A DNA stretch of 64,000 nucleotides, from positions 194,804-258,803 of the forward strand of contig NMRA01000002.1 of the NCBI GenBank assembly GCA_002633005.1, read 5' to 3'. Shown here in pieces: positions 38,564-52,494 of this stretch. The position numbers and the translations under genes were made by a program. How positions within the stretch are numbered: position 1 is the stretch's first letter; the number at the start of each line of letters is the position of its first letter. This DNA comes from Phoronis australis (lineage: Eukaryota; Animalia; Phoronida). Below the pieces are notes generated by a model that made no database searches, was not told the origin of the DNA, and saw only the letters and a program-made list of their open reading frames with translations.

Positions 38564-40321
38564 GTAAGTCCTTTGAACATAATGCAAGAGATAAAGAATT
38601 TGCTTTTTAGTGTCTTGTCACTTTTTTTCATTTTGGAACTGGCAAATTTCAATTCGTACTAGATTGCATTCAACATTTCATGACTAGCGATGGTGGAAAT
38701 CCCTTTTTTTCAAATATTGATGAAATTCCAGAGCAAAAGATTTTGGTTCCTCATTTTCATGTCATTTTGTTTATGTTCATCTCATGTCTTTTTGGATTTT
38801 CTTCTTTGTCAAGACCACTGTGTTATGCCTTTCATGCCTTTGGCTTATTTATTTTGAAGCATAAGTATGTTTCCTAATAAACATAGATAAATACAGTTAC
38901 ATTTGTTTACTTGCCCACGTCATTAAGAATTTCTTTCACTGACCTCAGTTGTCTGTCAGAAAGTCAAACCCCTACTGTGAGTGCACTGACTGGCATGCTA
39001 GACTATGAGTAATGAGTATAGTCTTATTGCTGTATAGGATTATTGTTACCTAGTAATGTGCAGCTGTGATACATTATGCCCTAGACTACTCTGTGAGATT
39101 TATTTTGTAATAATGTCCACTTATTCACAACTAGGATTACTGAGTATGTTATTGTTGTGTACTGATCTGGGCTGCCTTTGCATTGTACCCTGGGGAACAA
39201 ACAATACATAATTCTCATCTGGGAGTAGACACCATTGTTAGTAATCCTGAGGTGTTTCACCAAATCTCAGCTGCACTCATTTCTTTCTCATGTTGACTGG
39301 CAGTTGCGGGTGCATGTGGTGGTGGTTCTAAATTACCTATGCTTCAGTTTATGTTCTGCTGTGCTTCAGTCAAGTCAGAATTATGTTCAGTCCTGTATAC
39401 TGCTATCCATTACATGGTCGGCATATCATGTATTATCCAGGTTTGCTATCTATTAATTTGAAACAGTTTTAGCAAAAAAGGAAAGGGGAATGTTTATTTC
39501 CAGCCATTAAAATTACTGGACATTAGTTTGATTAATGAGATGGTTAAAATTCAAATTAATCCTGTTTTTTGTATGCTATACATAGAAACAATTTCTAAAC
39601 TTTGATCTGCAGGTACCAAGAGTCCCAAAACTGTCACCTTGTATTCTCTAACAATGACTGCAGAAATATTTAATTTATGTCCACAGAAAAACATTGACAA
39701 TCATGTGCCAATGACCTCAAACTGTGGAAAATTTAAAACTTTTTAAAACCTCATTAAAAAGTTTGCCTCATTTCGATTTCAAACAATTCTAAAACAATTC
39801 AGCAAGTTTAAGTTTGGGAGGTAAAAGGGTTCACATTCAAATCTCTCACTCAGCCATATTCTTTACTGCATTGTTTTGTATTATCACTGATAGCTAGGAC
39901 CAATATCAAATTACTCCCAGCTGATAGTAAAGTGAAGCTCAAAAATTATTGATTAGTTTATAAAAGAATAGTATTTGATAAATGATTTATTATTTTTCTT
40001 ATAAAAATATGTACCAATTTCGGACAAAAACTTTTGCAAAATTGCCCATTTTTATATCATTTAAAGTCTTCTAGCATTGTAGTGAATGGATTCAAGTTTT
40101 CAAAATGTTGTCCTGGTGGTATCTATGGGACGTAGTGTCTATATGGTACAGAACCTGAAAATTTATGAAGCATTAAAAATAATTGCAGGTGGTCTGGTAC
40201 ACTTTGTACGTGTGCAGGCCACGCATGTGGGCCCATTGCTCTGGTCACCTGTAACCATTTTTGTGCTTTATTAATATGTAGTTAAGGCTGAGCTGAGGAG
40301 ATAGAAACCTGAATCAAGGGT

Positions 40322-40392
40322 CTAGCAGTGTGACTCGAACCCACGACCTCGAGTAAAGAAAGCGGGCACCTCTCATACTAGGCCACACTGCC
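40322..40392 (-). mobile_element. tRNA-derived SINE head
   Basis: Minus strand ggcagtgtggcctagt (A box) ... gggttcgagtcac (B box); no full cloverleaf. Confidence 0.6.
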
Positions 40393-40506
40393 TTCTCGTT
40401 TGTGAAGCATTGGTGTTACATACTTTTGTGAGAAAATAAAATTTCTCTTGTCTGCCATTTTGTGTCCTACTGTAGCAATGCATATGTATCTGGTTCACGA
40501 TTTTAG

Positions 40507-40658
40507 CTCCACATCTGCAAAATCTGATTGGCTCTCTGATGTCTCATGCGCCTGTCACCTCATCATCGTTGATGACTAACATGCCGTCTGCTCCTACTGC
40601 AAGGTCTGAGAAAAGAAAGGTCTCTGGTGACGATGAGATTGAAGGTGGCGTTATCAAG
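40507..40658 (+). CDS. shn: schnurri/HIVEP exon 7
   Basis: Acceptor ttttag, phase 1 to 0, PHLQNLIGSLMSHAP...GGVIK|GTAAAC. Frame-compatible on both sides. Confidence 0.75.
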
Positions 40659-41751
40659 GTAAACTTGTGGGATACTGAATGTGTGTCATGGCTGTTGTGT
40701 ACTCACACATCGAGTTCAATACCAATAAAAGTCATGTTTTTTCGGGATTGGTTTGAGGTTAGTACGAATGCTGGGGGTACTGAAGTATATTTTTGACGGG
40801 GGTGCTTCTGAAAAATTAGGCTATATTGACCAAAAGCAAGTTTTCACCAAATAATTAAGCACTTAATTTTAATTTAGGAACACGAGTTCTTGAAAACGTC
40901 TTGGTGAAACTTTCCAATTTTATGTTTTATTCTTCAAAACTCAAAAAACTATTCTGATTTTCCTTTTAAATGCCTAGTTTTTGCATACCGTAAGATAGAC
41001 GAATACGACTGCTATTTTTGTAAAACATACCTCACGTTTTGAGAGTTAATTTGGCATAGAAAAAACTAAATGAGTCATCGAAAATTCCTAACAGCGTTTT
41101 TGAGTTAAATGGTGATATTTTCATTTAAAAAGGGTTTCATTAAAATTGACCAAAGTGTTATTTTGCTATGAATGTATCTTTCTTAAAAATGAAATTATGA
41201 TTAAAAAGAAAGTAATGTTATAGTAATCATAGCACATAAATATAAAACATATTTTTATAATCGCTGATCTTTTTTTTTCAGAATGTACTTTTACTTGTTG
41301 ATATAGCCTTTTTTTATATATGATTTAGAATGAAGGTCTCTGAATAAGGTTTGAGGTAACCTTAACGTCTTTCGTGGGTAATTTTGTTGGAAAAGGTATC
41401 ATTTCTTAGGGAACCTGGTTGTAAAAGTCATCCTTTTAAGTGGAACGTCCCATATAACTCTTCATGGGAGTACTTCCTCTTAGATAATTATGTAACTATA
41501 CCAGAATCACTGACCAGTTGCCTGTTCAAAACAGGTTTGTGGTTTTATATTAAATTTGTACACTTCTGACTTCGAGACCATAGACAATTGTTTTGTAAGG
41601 CATGGGACATGCTATGCATTGTCTGTTTAACTGTTGCCTCATATTTCAAATAGCCATTCAACTTGGTTCTGCCTGGTTACTTTGAGAAACCACAGTAAAC
41701 TAAGTGATGCATTCACAGTGTGCAAATTGCTTAGTTCACTTTGTATTTCAG

Positions 41752-42865
41752 AGAGCCAAAGTACTACCTGAAGTTTGTCTGCCATCCACTCTAGCTGCTC
41801 CCAGCCAATGGTCTTCAGCTCAGTCAAGTGGTTCTGCCTACCATCTTAACGCGTTATTTCAACCTTCTAGCTCAGGATTTCTGCCACCTGTTGTCACGTC
41901 CAGTCGTGGTCCAATAATTGGACAGCTGATCTCTAATATTCCTACGCCCACCATTTCACAGACATTTCCTTTCCAATTCATGCACCCGTTCCCACGATCC
42001 CTCGACAACCCCGGGATCTCCCCCGTTCACATGACCTCTGAAGAGCCAGTCAACCTGTGCATGAAAGACGACACTGCCACTAAAACTGATTTCTCTGCGC
42101 CTAACACAAGGCCATCGTCGAGCCACGTTACGTATGTGACTAGTGACAACCGAGCACCCTATGAAATTCAACCAATCCCGGGCAAAGTGACTGATGACTC
42201 CGAAACTACTGTCGATGGTAAATTTGTCTGCAGCACATGCCAGAAGACATTTTCCAAACAAGCTCAGTTGAATCTGCATCGGAACATTCATTTCTTTGAG
42301 AATCCCTACAAGTGCAGTGACTGCACTGTCAGTTTCAAGTCGGAGCTTCAGCTGGAAAAACATCGCCAATCAGACATTCACAGTAATAGAATCAGTCTAG
42401 GCCCATCGCAGAGCACCCCTTCAGTTGAGAACCCGCGACCATACAGATGCGAGGATTGTGGAATGGGCTTCAGAATTCAGGGACATCTCGCCAAGCATCT
42501 TCGCTCCAAAACGCATATTGTGGCTCTGGAAAAGCAAGGAAAGCTGCCTATCGGCTCCTATGAGCAAATCCAGCGAATGTCGATTGATCTGAAAGACTGT
42601 GATACTTTAGAGAGTTTGCGTGTCATTGTTGGAAAGCCAGATGTTGATGAAAACCAACTAGATTCACAGGACAGTGACGTGACTTCGCCAAGTTTTTCAC
42701 CACCCCCTTTGTCTGGAGTGTTTGAACGAAATAGCCAGGCCTCCAACGATCGAGTTACCGTGGAGATTAAGAATGAGGTGCTTGAAATGTACGACGTGCG
42801 ACAGCATGATGATGAGGCCTCGGAAGAGTTGACGACCACAATGACAACACCTCTGCATAGTCAAG
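41752..42865 (+). CDS. shn: schnurri exon 8 with ZF6-8
   Basis: Three C2H2 fingers, including NPRPYRCEDCGMGFRIQGHLAKHLRSKTHIVALEKQGKLP, which resembles the Drosophila Shn C-terminal cluster. PVNLC resembles a CtBP-type PxDLS motif. Confidence 0.9.
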
Positions 42866-43868
42866 GTGACTACTTGATTTACCCCTCAGTGAAATCTAGT
42901 AAAATTTAAACTATAGTCGTAGAGATGAATTTGAAACAAAGAAAAAGTTTTGTCAAGAAGTTTTTAATCGTGGTGTCTAAAATTTATGCAATGATTTTTC
43001 TATCTAAAAGTCATGAAAATTTAATGTCTTTGACAACTTAATACTAACCACCTTTGTCGTGTCGTCTTTTCTCTAGCCCTTGATTTTCTGAAGTCATAAC
43101 CTCTAATTAACTGACTGAATTGTGAACAAATAAATTAAAATATGCTTTTATGTCTTAGCTCCGTTAAATACTTTGAAAAATCTTCTGCACTTTGCTCACT
43201 TATGAATTGCGTCTTATTTTGTTCCTTCCTATGCACTGAATATCTGAATGGAGAGTCTGTTACTCAAGTGAATATTCAACCCCTTGTCTATATCTTAATT
43301 AGTGCAATACAGCCATTAGCTATCAGTTGTGGGGCTCTCAGCGAGAAGGTCCAGATCATAATACCAACGTTATTGTCTAATAGTAAACATAGTCTTCCGA
43401 CTGTGAAATTCCTCAATTAAATAAGTAAATCTTTGTGATACGTAAAGATGGAAATCAGAGCTAAGTTTCTAAGTGACAGTCTCTGGACAAGTCACTCTCT
43501 GTTTAAATTTCATAGATTGTTATATAATCCTGATACCTCGGTTGTGAAATTGATTTACTGTGGATCAGAATGAAGGAACAGCTTGTGTTTTGCTGACTGG
43601 TGTGCGTAGCACTCCAATGAATTTGTTTATATGTTCTTGGAGCGGATGGCCCTGTGTACAATAAAGAAGATATAATGCTGCATTTTTGGCATTCATGTAG
43701 ACATAGCTGGGTTTTTGTTAACTTAAATTGGGTCAATAAGATTCTGTTGTGTTTTCATCTTGAAGATATTCATTGGTAGATTACAGTCATTTTTATGTAC
43801 ATATATTCCTGGAAGATTCTATAGATTCAGTGAGATGTTCGCTCTATGTTCCATAATTTGTTTTCTAG

Positions 43869-43963
43869 GAGACACGTTGAGTTCTGGGACAGAAAAGATA
43901 CCCATAACAGGACATCAGTGTAGTATCTGTGAAAATGTTTTCACAAACCTGACAATGTTGAAG
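43869..43963 (+). CDS. shn: schnurri exon 9 (start of ZF9)
   Basis: Acceptor ttttctag; GHQCSICENVFTNLTMLK|GTAATT. Confidence 0.8.
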
Positions 43964-45768
43964 GTAATTAGTCCCCTGTAGTCTCCTTGTGGTCTTTCTG
44001 AACTTAGATCTGTTATTGTTGGTTTTCATCATGCTTCATCCTGTTGTTGAGTGTTATTAACGAAATAAGACAGTTTTATTGCCTTGCCAAAATACTTGAA
44101 GACAGAAAAACATATTTCCTTATCCTCTTAGCCAAGTTAAATTTGAAAAGTTTTATTAACAAACAATTTTTTTTACATTATAAAATGTCCAGCATTGCTT
44201 AAATTGCCATATCTGTGGTACTTCGAATTCAGATACCCCGCATTGCAAGTTTTCAAAATTGAAGGCAGTTTCACATTTATTTTTCGCGGTCAGGTGGTTT
44301 TTGATCAATTTGAAAACTGATGCATTAGCAATTTTTGTGCATTTGCTAATTTTTTTTCTCAAGTTCTTAGAAAAAGCTGTTTTGGTTAGTGTTTTGGGGT
44401 GGGACCCTTTTGTTTTGTTTTGTTACAGATCCTAATTCCAATGCGCTAAATTGATTTTTTCCAGTTTGAGATCTACAATTTCGTCTTGAGATCAATGTAT
44501 TGCTATGGTAAATATTAAGGACCACTGAGGGTACCCTAGTAGCAATCATTTATGTCACTTTCCCACCAACGCTTCAACTCCCGTGGGAAAGCTTAATAAC
44601 TTAACTAGCCATCGCAACTGCTCAAAATAGGTGGATTAAAGTGCAGAATTGTGCAACTCCACATCGGTGGATAATATTAACTCTACTTGACTGTATTAGT
44701 CGCTAGAGGTTGTGACATTAATCACGAGGGTCTCCACATGACATTCGCCATTCCCACGTCTTACAAACAATTAACAGTCACCCGCAATCAGTATACTTCG
44801 GTGGCAGTCGTCCACACAAATGATATTAGCAAGGTTGTAACACCAGAATGAAAGAAACAATGTTTTTGTTGTTTAAAAACTTGTCAAACAGTGTTCTCCT
44901 CACTCGAAAATTCACAGGTTGCATTTTCAACCACGTTGAAAATTTAGATAGTATGCAGCATGTGCATATTATAGTAAGCACTCAAAAATGATACTTTTTT
45001 GTTCAAAATGAAAAAGTCAGTTGTGTCGCATGCTATTCAAACAGGTCAGGGGTCAAGTCGAACAAAATGCGGCATCAGGTCATGGAGAACACAAGCTTAT
45101 GCAATATTACTTTGAGCGATTTGTGTGCACTTACTGAGAACAGGATTTGATTCTTCGGAAACTCATTAGGTCCCTCTTTCATTGATTTTTCCAAAACTGG
45201 AGTTTTTACCATAAATACATGTCATGAAATTTCCTGCAGTAAGGCAGCCAAGTGGAATGTTATTTTTCATTCTCTTTATAAAAGAAAAGTAATAGAACAT
45301 AGGTGGATTCGAGGGAGGTCCCAGGAGAGCAGACCCCTTTTTTAGCCAGAGTGACAAATAAAAACCACTGGAAATATAGACGATTCCTATTTTTCATTTC
45401 TATTGGCCACTGTGTATAGAGATCAGGACACTAAATTTCATTACCCATTTTCTCCTCATTTGTTTGTGTTATACAATTCTCTAAAGAAACCTATCATTTT
45501 ACTTGAGCCTCTCCTTTCGTAAAAAGCTAGATGCACGCGCCCTTTGCACTTAATAAATAATTTGATATTTTCAGGTCTGTACCCTAGCTAACTTCTGAAA
45601 AATTTGTAGGCATACAGAAGAATATTAGAAGCTGTGAAAAATTAAAAAAGACTAATTTCGGCAATTTTTTTTTCTCCAAAATTGATGAAGTTTTACTATA
45701 CAAGTTCTTGTGAATCAGTTTAATTCAGACTGCTTTATTATTCAGCTGCTAATCCAATCATATTTCAG

Positions 45769-45876
45769 CAACACTTGGTGTCTCATGCTGAACTTCGACC
45801 CCACGTATGTGAATATTGTGATGCAGGCTTCACTACTGCCCAATCACTGAAGGTTCATCTGAGGACACACACTCAG
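45769..45876 (+). CDS. shn: schnurri exon 10 (end of ZF9, ZF10)
   Basis: QHLVSHAELRPHVCEYCDAGFTTAQSLKVHLRTHTQ|GTAATG. Missed by the ORF track. Confidence 0.85.
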
Positions 45877-46214
45877 GTAATGATGCAACTGCATCCAAAC
45901 GGGGGTGCCAGTGTATAGAGATGTATGTATATATATATATATATATACACTTGTTTTAATTTCATTTCACTCATATTTAATGTAATCGGTGTATTTTCTG
46001 TCCATACCTAGAATGAAGTTGTCAATCTACGTGCATCATTATTATGACAATACTTTATGCAATCTTATGATTTCTTTGAGTCTGAAAACTGCTCACAAAA
46101 GTGGGCTATTAAAAAATGCCACCCCACTGCATAAATTTCAAAAATCTACCACATCCATGCTTTTTTGCCTCAACAGGTATTTGAACCTACCATGAATCTC
46201 ATTTCATTTTTCAG

Positions 46215-46325
46215 GAGCGACCATATGTCTGCGGTCACTGCGGCGACACATTTCCATCTTCATCTTGTCTACAGATCCACACAAACGAGCACTGCTCACA
46301 AGAGGGCCCATTGCACTCTGACTAA
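46215..46325 (+). CDS. shn: schnurri terminal exon 11 (ZF11, stop)
   Basis: ERPYVCGHCGDTFPSSSCLQIHTNEHCSQEGPLHSD-TAA. AATAAA at ~46394 and ~46934. Confidence 0.85.
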   Translation, partial: ERPYVCGHCGDTFPSSSCLQIHTNEHCSQEGPLHSD

Positions 46326-49300
46326 TATCAACAGAAGCACAGGACTTTCCAGTAGTCTGGAAAAACACTAGTTGCTCACCCCAATGAGGATTTAATAAAT
46401 CTGCTCTCTCCTTGCTCTTGCCACAAGGCCTTTTGTACAAAATACTGCATAACTTTTCCACTTGTTTACCCTGCTGTAGGTTTTACTCTGTGGAAATGCT
46501 TTTTTACTTAATAACATTACTTTAATATGATTTTTCTTTATTTATCCAATGGCTGCGAATAACGTACTCCTGGGTGCTGGAAGCGCTGACTTTTATCACC
46601 AGTTTTCGTGTGCATTTTCTTAGCAGAATTGTGTTGTTTTAATGGAGAGCCATACTTTCCTGTTGCCAGTCTAATGACCTTGATCCATTTGTCTTTGAAG
46701 ATGGTCACTATATTTTTTGAATGTGTCACTGAAAAGTGAGCTGATGGATGTGAATAAACAGCATAAACTTGCAAAAACCAAATATTTAAATCTGGGCCAT
46801 TGATATAAATCTAATGTGCCAAGATGAACAGCCTGTGTACATAAAGAGACTGTTGTGTTAGAAATTTTTACTTTATTGTGTATATTAAAATTTCTGTATT
46901 ATTTTTTCTTGTTTTTTGTGTTTATTCAAGTCTAATAAAATGCTTCAAGAAGCTATGTACTTCATGTGAAATTTTTTTTAATTCAGAAAAATCTGTGCAT
47001 ACAGATTATGCCTACAGAGGTCATCCAATAAAGCATACAACCTTATAAGGTTTTGCTCCGGGCCAGGTTACACGATCGTCGTCAAGGGGGGTCCTTGAAC
47101 ATGGGTACTTGATATCCCTCAATACTATGCAAAAGCAGTCATGCAGACGAATCCTGACCCCCTCATCCCAGATCTCGGTGCCTCTGAGGTGCTAACCTAG
47201 AAAAAATGCCAGGAATTCCAGTTTCGTTTATTAATAACCGTGGTTGGGCTTTTTGACAAAAAGGTTCGCCTTAGTAATTGGCCGCGGAGACAGGATCTGT
47301 GCTTTTCTTACCGTGAGGTTTTCTCCTGTCCACTTCTTGTGATGGCTTGCCGCATAGATTTAATGGATCTGCCTGAAGGGGAGGATTACCAACGTTTATA
47401 ATTCACGACAATATCTTGGCCATCGCTATTCCACGGAGTGTATCTCGTAGTAGGCGTTATACCCGCGGTCATCAGTACGCCGCCGGCGATGTGCACCTCC
47501 GAGAGAGTTCTACTGGAGTTGAGTTTGCGTATAGGTGTCAGTTAAACTGGACGTTCCCATTTTGCCAATTTTCCAAAATTTGCCGTAATCAAAATTTATT
47601 GAAATGTTGGAATGGAACGACATTGATACCGCGATCTTTGGAAACAAGATATCTTGTAACATTAACAAGGTGTACGCAATGGAGGTAGAAATAGGGTGCT
47701 TGGGTGATCTTCCTCGTGTCACGCGCAAAACTGCCTCGGCGGAGTTCCTTAGCAATTTAATTGACGCTTTAAATACCTTTAATGTTCTAAGTCACCACTA
47801 TAGGGTTCGTTACCAACTGGTTGCTTGGGCCCCAACTTTAGTTGAAGGCTCTCAGCTCACACAAATGGTTGAACCTCTAAACCGTGGTGCCTACCAACTA
47901 GTATTGTAGAAACACAACTGAGGTTTCACCGTTCCGGCGACTTGATGCACACAGTATACGTGCTGAAATCTGTTCCCGCTTGAATGTGGCGCATTTTCCA
48001 ATGGCGGGATACCGCGCTTCAAATTCCGCTCATGCATGGCGCCCGAGTGAATGTTAGAATGACTTCAAGTTTCCACGGAAGCTCCCGAAATTGACCCCCC
48101 TTTATTTGCATTAACGCTGCAGAGTAGAAATTGTCTTGTCTATTCTCAAAAAGGGTGAGATGGGCAGATCTCCTTCGGCCGAGGTGCTTCGTTGGACAAT
48201 GTGCCCGTGTTGCGGCAATTGAAGGTGTACATGTACTTCTGGGTAGTAGAGTCTTCTGGCCCCAAAGTAGCCTATCGCTAAAATAAAACTTCACGATATT
48301 TTACTCTGAGTCCGAACGGAGATTCAAAGGTCAAAACTGACAACTCTCAGTTTAGAGTATGTGTTTAGACCCCCTGCAGCGCAAAAACTAGGAACCAGTG
48401 ACCTGGCGTAGGTTCAAACCGTCTCGGTGCCCAAAAGCAAAGTTCAGTGCAGCAGGTCAACGAACTGTCACTTAGCGAGTGATTAACCGAATTAAGCGGA
48501 GACCAGTTAGTGTCATTTATAGATTGTTTTGAAGGCGGGTAAGTAATTACGGCAATCCGAGATTGAATTGAAGGTATAGTTCCGGTGTATAAATTATTTC
48601 TTTATCGCAACATCAGCAAGCCTGCTTACAGTTGTCAATCTCAGGCTGATGTTGCGCTTCGAGGTTTAAAAACATTTCGTCGGCTCTGAATTATTGCCGA
48701 ATGAGCCATCCAATTCAAGGCACAGGTAATGTTTTCACTATGGCATTCGCGAAGTCTAATCGTTTTCTTGAGTAGCTGAAATATAATCATAACCTGTAAG
48801 GAATATTATGACCGACCGTGAGACTATTCATTTTTGCCAGTTACTATATGAAGACAAACTAAAACTTTAAACTTGGATGTTTATGTTAGGGGTGTTAGTC
48901 TTACAGCCGGCCATTGGGTAGGAGAGTCGATCGAACCGGTGTCACACTTGTAGTTATCGGTGAAAACTGACGTGAGTCCTGCTTGTGCAGATCCCAAACC
49001 AGTGAAATGAGAACTTTGCCAGCTTGGTAGTCAGCAAATCAGATGGAAGTCGTTATGATTACAGTTAAAATAGCTCACTGCATGGTACCTAGGTAACGTT
49101 TAATTATATAGTCTCGCTCAGTGTTGCCATGCAGTTTTGCTTTGACCTTTTTAATTTTACATTATCTTTTTTCTAATGCCATTTTTTTAGTCAGATTTTC
49201 AATACTTTCTGGCTTATCCGGCCGGGCTCTACTGGTATGCCATACCGGTGGGAGAGCGGTACCGTACGGGTAAGAAAATTTATTATGAATGAATAATGTG

Positions 49301-51139
49301 TCTTAATTACTGCTTCATTGTCAAAACTTAATAGAAAACAAAATGGTTAAAACACGACAATCCCTCTAACTTTCGAGTCAGGTCACGTGAATCCGTTGTG
49401 TCGATCAAAATAGCACAACAACATTGTGGAGGTATTCAGTCAAGGTTAGTAGATCAGATTACTCGAGAAAAAAAGTGTCACGAGCCTGCATTACTTTACT
49501 GATTAAGTCATGTTTACATGCTCATAGTCCATTGGCTTAGTGATAACAGCAAGGTTTCGACTGGATGTCTTTCTTGAAGCAGTGATTATCTAATGACGAT
49601 ATAGGGCCTATTTAGTGGCAACCTTTTCCTGTTGTGATCTATCTGTAGTTTCGCACGCTTATTTGTAATTAAACGCGGGTACCGTACTCTCCTCGATGGC
49701 AAATAAAACACAAATCAAATGGAATCGATGGGTTTTTTATTCTCCTCGTACAACACTAAAAATGGACGCATCGGCACCCTCATTAAGTCAGTTTCATAAC
49801 ATTCTTTACCGTGATAGAATTCATTTCCGGGCCAACAAGAGCAACGAAACATAAATACGGAGACCACTTGCCAGTCTATCATGATGGTCGCTCGAGAAGT
49901 CACGGAGCGTTGACCGGGCTCGAGAAAATTCGGGGGTTGCCTCTGCGCCTGGCACAATCATGTACGCATTGCTTGTGTCTTCAGTTGCCGTGATCATGTT
50001 TTTAACCCTGAAAGCGCTTCAGTTAAGAATTAAACATTGACAACGAAACAAGCCTGAGGGGGACTGCAAGAATTGGACACCACCTAACGCGGATAAACCG
50101 GTGGTAGACTTGTCATTTTTCACTCCTTCATCCTTTCAAATTTCAACTACTGCCCCCTCTCGTGGCATTTTTGCTCGAAAGAAAATACACTCAAACTGGA
50201 AAAACTTCAACTCAGAGCCCTGCGTTTTGTTTACAACGATCGACGACGTTAGCACACACGAACAAGTGCTCTCACAACAAACCACCCTTTCATCTACACA
50301 GACTTCGACTTATTGCAGTGGAAGTATTTAAAATCCTTTGGGGCGAGTCTCCCAAGACACTTCTTTCACTTTTAAAGAAGCAAGAAAACAATACTTTCGC
50401 TACAGCAACCTTCTCGTTATTCCTGAGTTAAATCTGTCAAATATGGTAAAAAATCTTTTCACTTCGAAGCTGATCGTGTCTGGAACAGTCTACCGAATAT
50501 GATGTTGCGCACAACAGATCCGAGCACTCATGATTTTCCCCGCCGGCGGAGTGGACTGATTTGGACCTGCCCGGCAGTGGACTGGCCCTGAATGCAACTG
50601 ACTGTTCTCTTTGCAAAAACTCCAGGTTATGCTGTAATTAGTACATGCCATCGTTTCTTTTATGATTTATCTAGATTATAGCATTTACACGTGTACCTAT
50701 TATCGTTTATGCTCACCTCTCTTAAGCGAAAATAAATATCTCTGAGTTATTCTCCACCTTTAGCTTAAGTTACATTTTCTTCATGTTTCTGTTAAATTTA
50801 ATGTCGTAGAAATAGCCCAACTGGTTAATGTTAATCCGTTCTCCGAACGACGTTAATAAAGTGATTCTTGAGTCTTTGAAGACGATTTAAAGGCTAATGC
50901 CACCCGATTTAATAAGTCTTTTTTGACGTCTTAATCGGTCTATATCCACACCGCCTCGCATACGGTCGACCTTACCTTGCCAAGAGGTGTCGTGTTAACC
51001 TGTGAGGAAGGTGTGAAACGACGCTAGCGACGTCAGTGGTTCATATGCAGAGTGAATGCCGCTATGTTGCGGTGCATCGTTCCCCCGCTTGTGCGAACTA
51101 AGCAGCTGCGAGGAAAGCGGGTATATCAATTATTTTACT

Positions 51140-52099
51140 NNNNNNNNNNNNNNNNNNNNNNNNNNNNNNNNNNNNNNNNNNNNNNNNNNNNNNNNNNNNN
51201 NNNNNNNNNNNNNNNNNNNNNNNNNNNNNNNNNNNNNNNNNNNNNNNNNNNNNNNNNNNNNNNNNNNNNNNNNNNNNNNNNNNNNNNNNNNNNNNNNNNN
51301 NNNNNNNNNNNNNNNNNNNNNNNNNNNNNNNNNNNNNNNNNNNNNNNNNNNNNNNNNNNNNNNNNNNNNNNNNNNNNNNNNNNNNNNNNNNNNNNNNNNN
51401 NNNNNNNNNNNNNNNNNNNNNNNNNNNNNNNNNNNNNNNNNNNNNNNNNNNNNNNNNNNNNNNNNNNNNNNNNNNNNNNNNNNNNNNNNNNNNNNNNNNN
51501 NNNNNNNNNNNNNNNNNNNNNNNNNNNNNNNNNNNNNNNNNNNNNNNNNNNNNNNNNNNNNNNNNNNNNNNNNNNNNNNNNNNNNNNNNNNNNNNNNNNN
51601 NNNNNNNNNNNNNNNNNNNNNNNNNNNNNNNNNNNNNNNNNNNNNNNNNNNNNNNNNNNNNNNNNNNNNNNNNNNNNNNNNNNNNNNNNNNNNNNNNNNN
51701 NNNNNNNNNNNNNNNNNNNNNNNNNNNNNNNNNNNNNNNNNNNNNNNNNNNNNNNNNNNNNNNNNNNNNNNNNNNNNNNNNNNNNNNNNNNNNNNNNNNN
51801 NNNNNNNNNNNNNNNNNNNNNNNNNNNNNNNNNNNNNNNNNNNNNNNNNNNNNNNNNNNNNNNNNNNNNNNNNNNNNNNNNNNNNNNNNNNNNNNNNNNN
51901 NNNNNNNNNNNNNNNNNNNNNNNNNNNNNNNNNNNNNNNNNNNNNNNNNNNNNNNNNNNNNNNNNNNNNNNNNNNNNNNNNNNNNNNNNNNNNNNNNNNN
52001 NNNNNNNNNNNNNNNNNNNNNNNNNNNNNNNNNNNNNNNNNNNNNNNNNNNNNNNNNNNNNNNNNNNNNNNNNNNNNNNNNNNNNNNNNNNNNNNNNNN
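51140..52099. other. Assembly gap (N run)
   Basis: About 960 N characters. Confidence 1.
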
Positions 52100-52494
52100 T
52101 GTTTTGATGATCTCTGTAGTAAACAAGATTGCGTAATGGTCATTCACAGAAACATTGCCTAAAGACAGCTGACCATTACCATATATGGCAAACACAACAG
52201 AGTAGTTCAGATGATTGTTGTGAAAGTTTTTAGAGTTGCTTCCTGTTATTTTCCTGTAGAATATTGAATCATAAAGTTTGGTGCATGCAACCCACATACT
52301 TGTGACTTGTATATAAATCCGTTCACTTGTCTAATAAAGACAGTCCTCATCTTGCTACTGCCAGTTGCTTTACTAGTTTAATTGAGTGCTTCACACTTAG
52401 TTACTGAATACAACCATCTCACTGACGGACCGAGGCTGTCCACACCACAACACAACGCTGCTACTAAGTCGAGTTATTCTCCACTATTCTACTA

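Larger units (their letters stand above)
33233..38577 (+). repeat. Tandem near-duplicate (33233-36082 vs 36084-38577) joined at a single N; probably uncollapsed haplotypes
   Basis: Colinear high identity with SNPs and indels; N at 36083. Confidence 0.85.

Noticed and set aside
40322-40392. Functional tRNA gene (also 58072-58140 and ~52720-52780)
   Set aside because: A/B boxes are present, but there are no proper acceptor or anticodon stems; a SINE origin fits better.
51052-52297. Long ORFs of 337-399 aa
   Set aside because: Artefacts of translating the N gap.
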